In this document: piece after piece, positions 62,797 through 64,000 of the stretch
Layout: the number at the start of each line of letters is the position of its first letter
How positions within the stretch are numbered: the stretch's first letter is position 1
Assembly (NCBI GenBank): GCA_002633005.1
Contig: NMRA01000131.1
Location: 297,798 to 361,797, forward strand
Direction of reading: 5' to 3'
Length of the DNA stretch: 64,000 nucleotides
From: Phoronis australis
Lineage: Eukaryota > Animalia > Phoronida
The notes under the pieces: model-generated
Database searches by the model: none
What the model saw: only the letters and a program-made list of their open reading frames with translations
Told to the model about the DNA's origin: nothing
Made by a program: the position numbers and the translations under genes

Positions 62797-64000
62797 TTAA
62801 GTTTTAATATTACAACTTCAAAGACCATTTATTAGATTCTAACTTAAATATTGTTACGAAAGCTGAATGCAATTTGCAATTGTTAAGTTTAAAATAAAAC
62901 TATTAACAAAAAGTAACTGAGTTTACTTTACATTCCGCAACCGTGTTTTTACAAAAGCGGCGTTAAGTGGTTGAAAGTTTTAAACACGTCAACATTTTAG
63001 GCAAAATATCGCTTTTAAGATTCATGTGAGAGAAAGCAAATCAAATTTTGTCAAAATCCCTATGGATTTTGACGAAATTTCCAATAGGTTTTGCCCATGT
63101 TATAAACCTTAGACGAGTGTAGGATTCTCTGTTTACGTCTTCATAAAATAATTGCATATTGCTTCGTCATAGAACCTGGTAGGCTTTCGTTTAACGAGAA
63201 TCCAAAGCCTTTCGTGTGAAAAAATTATTGGCTGCACATTACTTGGGGCTATATGAGCGTTCGGCACCGTCTCCTTCTCTGATATCCATTGACAACAAGT
63301 TGAACAGGCATGACGTCGTGATTCTTATTACGTTCTGGACAGTGTGCGTAATTCTAGCGGATTTCCGTAAGAACAACCTACGTTAATTTCTCTGTGATTC
63401 ATGAGACTAATCTGACATCAGAAATATATGATACTTTAAACCTCACTGATAAATGCCCTGTAGCTATTCTGTAGCTATTCACAGAGATGAGATGCGTCAT
63501 CACTGGGAGGAGAAATTATTGTTCATTTAAACACGTTAGTTGCGACTCCCTAGCACAAATCAATGTAAGTGCATCATGAGCTATATTCATGGACTGGGTT
63601 GTTTCACACTTAGTCTATGCATTAGAAGCCTACTCGACAACCTTTTGCCGTCTGACAACCAAGAGTCCAGCGGGACGACGTCAGTTCAGTTTTTGTGGCC
63701 AGGAAGCGTGCCCCTTCCTTTACGCAAGGTTGTAGTCTAACTTTGGATTCACTTTCATTGTATATTCCATTTCTTGAAAATACGAAATCTTTCTATACTA
63801 TGTAACCATATACACTCCTCTGTCGTCAATGACGCAACAGTCTATACGACCTAGGTTCTTTTTCCTGTAGCTTAGGGTACCTACAAACTTGCATCCTTCA
63901 GTGCACCAGATAATAAACCCAATCTGTATAGTGATGCCATGTAGATGTACGTCAGTAAGTGGGAACCCGTCGTGTTATGGCGGATAAGTAAACGCTTATC

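Noticed and set aside
63243-63335. AG...GT-bounded open segment ending in phase 2, compatible with the 58185 acceptor
   Set aside because: The peptide (NVIRITTSCLFNLLSMDIREGDGAERSYSP) has no Nav resemblance. The same applies to a candidate at ~58690-58780.

Overview
Repeat-rich genomic DNA from an invertebrate animal; a lophotrochozoan is my guess, not established. It has assembly gaps at 5355-5398 and 16146-16819 and one N at 55753. The main gene is a voltage-gated sodium channel alpha subunit (Nav1, DEKA filter) on the minus strand. I traced 20 exons from the domain I P-loop (58185) to the stop codon (31100), giving 1557 in-frame residues; the 5' exons were not found. The channel carries TTX-resistance-type outer-pore residues (DIV SAGWNN, DIII KGWVE), a very unusual Glu in DI-S6, and what looks like the U2-type AT-AC intron known from vertebrate SCN genes. 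A convergent plus-strand gene (18002-22103) ends in two duplicated acidic DGIDNDCDG-repeat exons and a transmembrane tail. Bases 1-17.5 kb are a nest of decayed retroelements and DNA transposons: two Gypsy elements (one Gmr1/SCAN-like), a solo LTR, a HERO-like LINE, an Academ-like element, a SINE and MITEs. The Nav introns hold a THAP/Kolobok-like element with nested ISL2EU-like and hAT insertions. All calls are by eye; no database searches were run.
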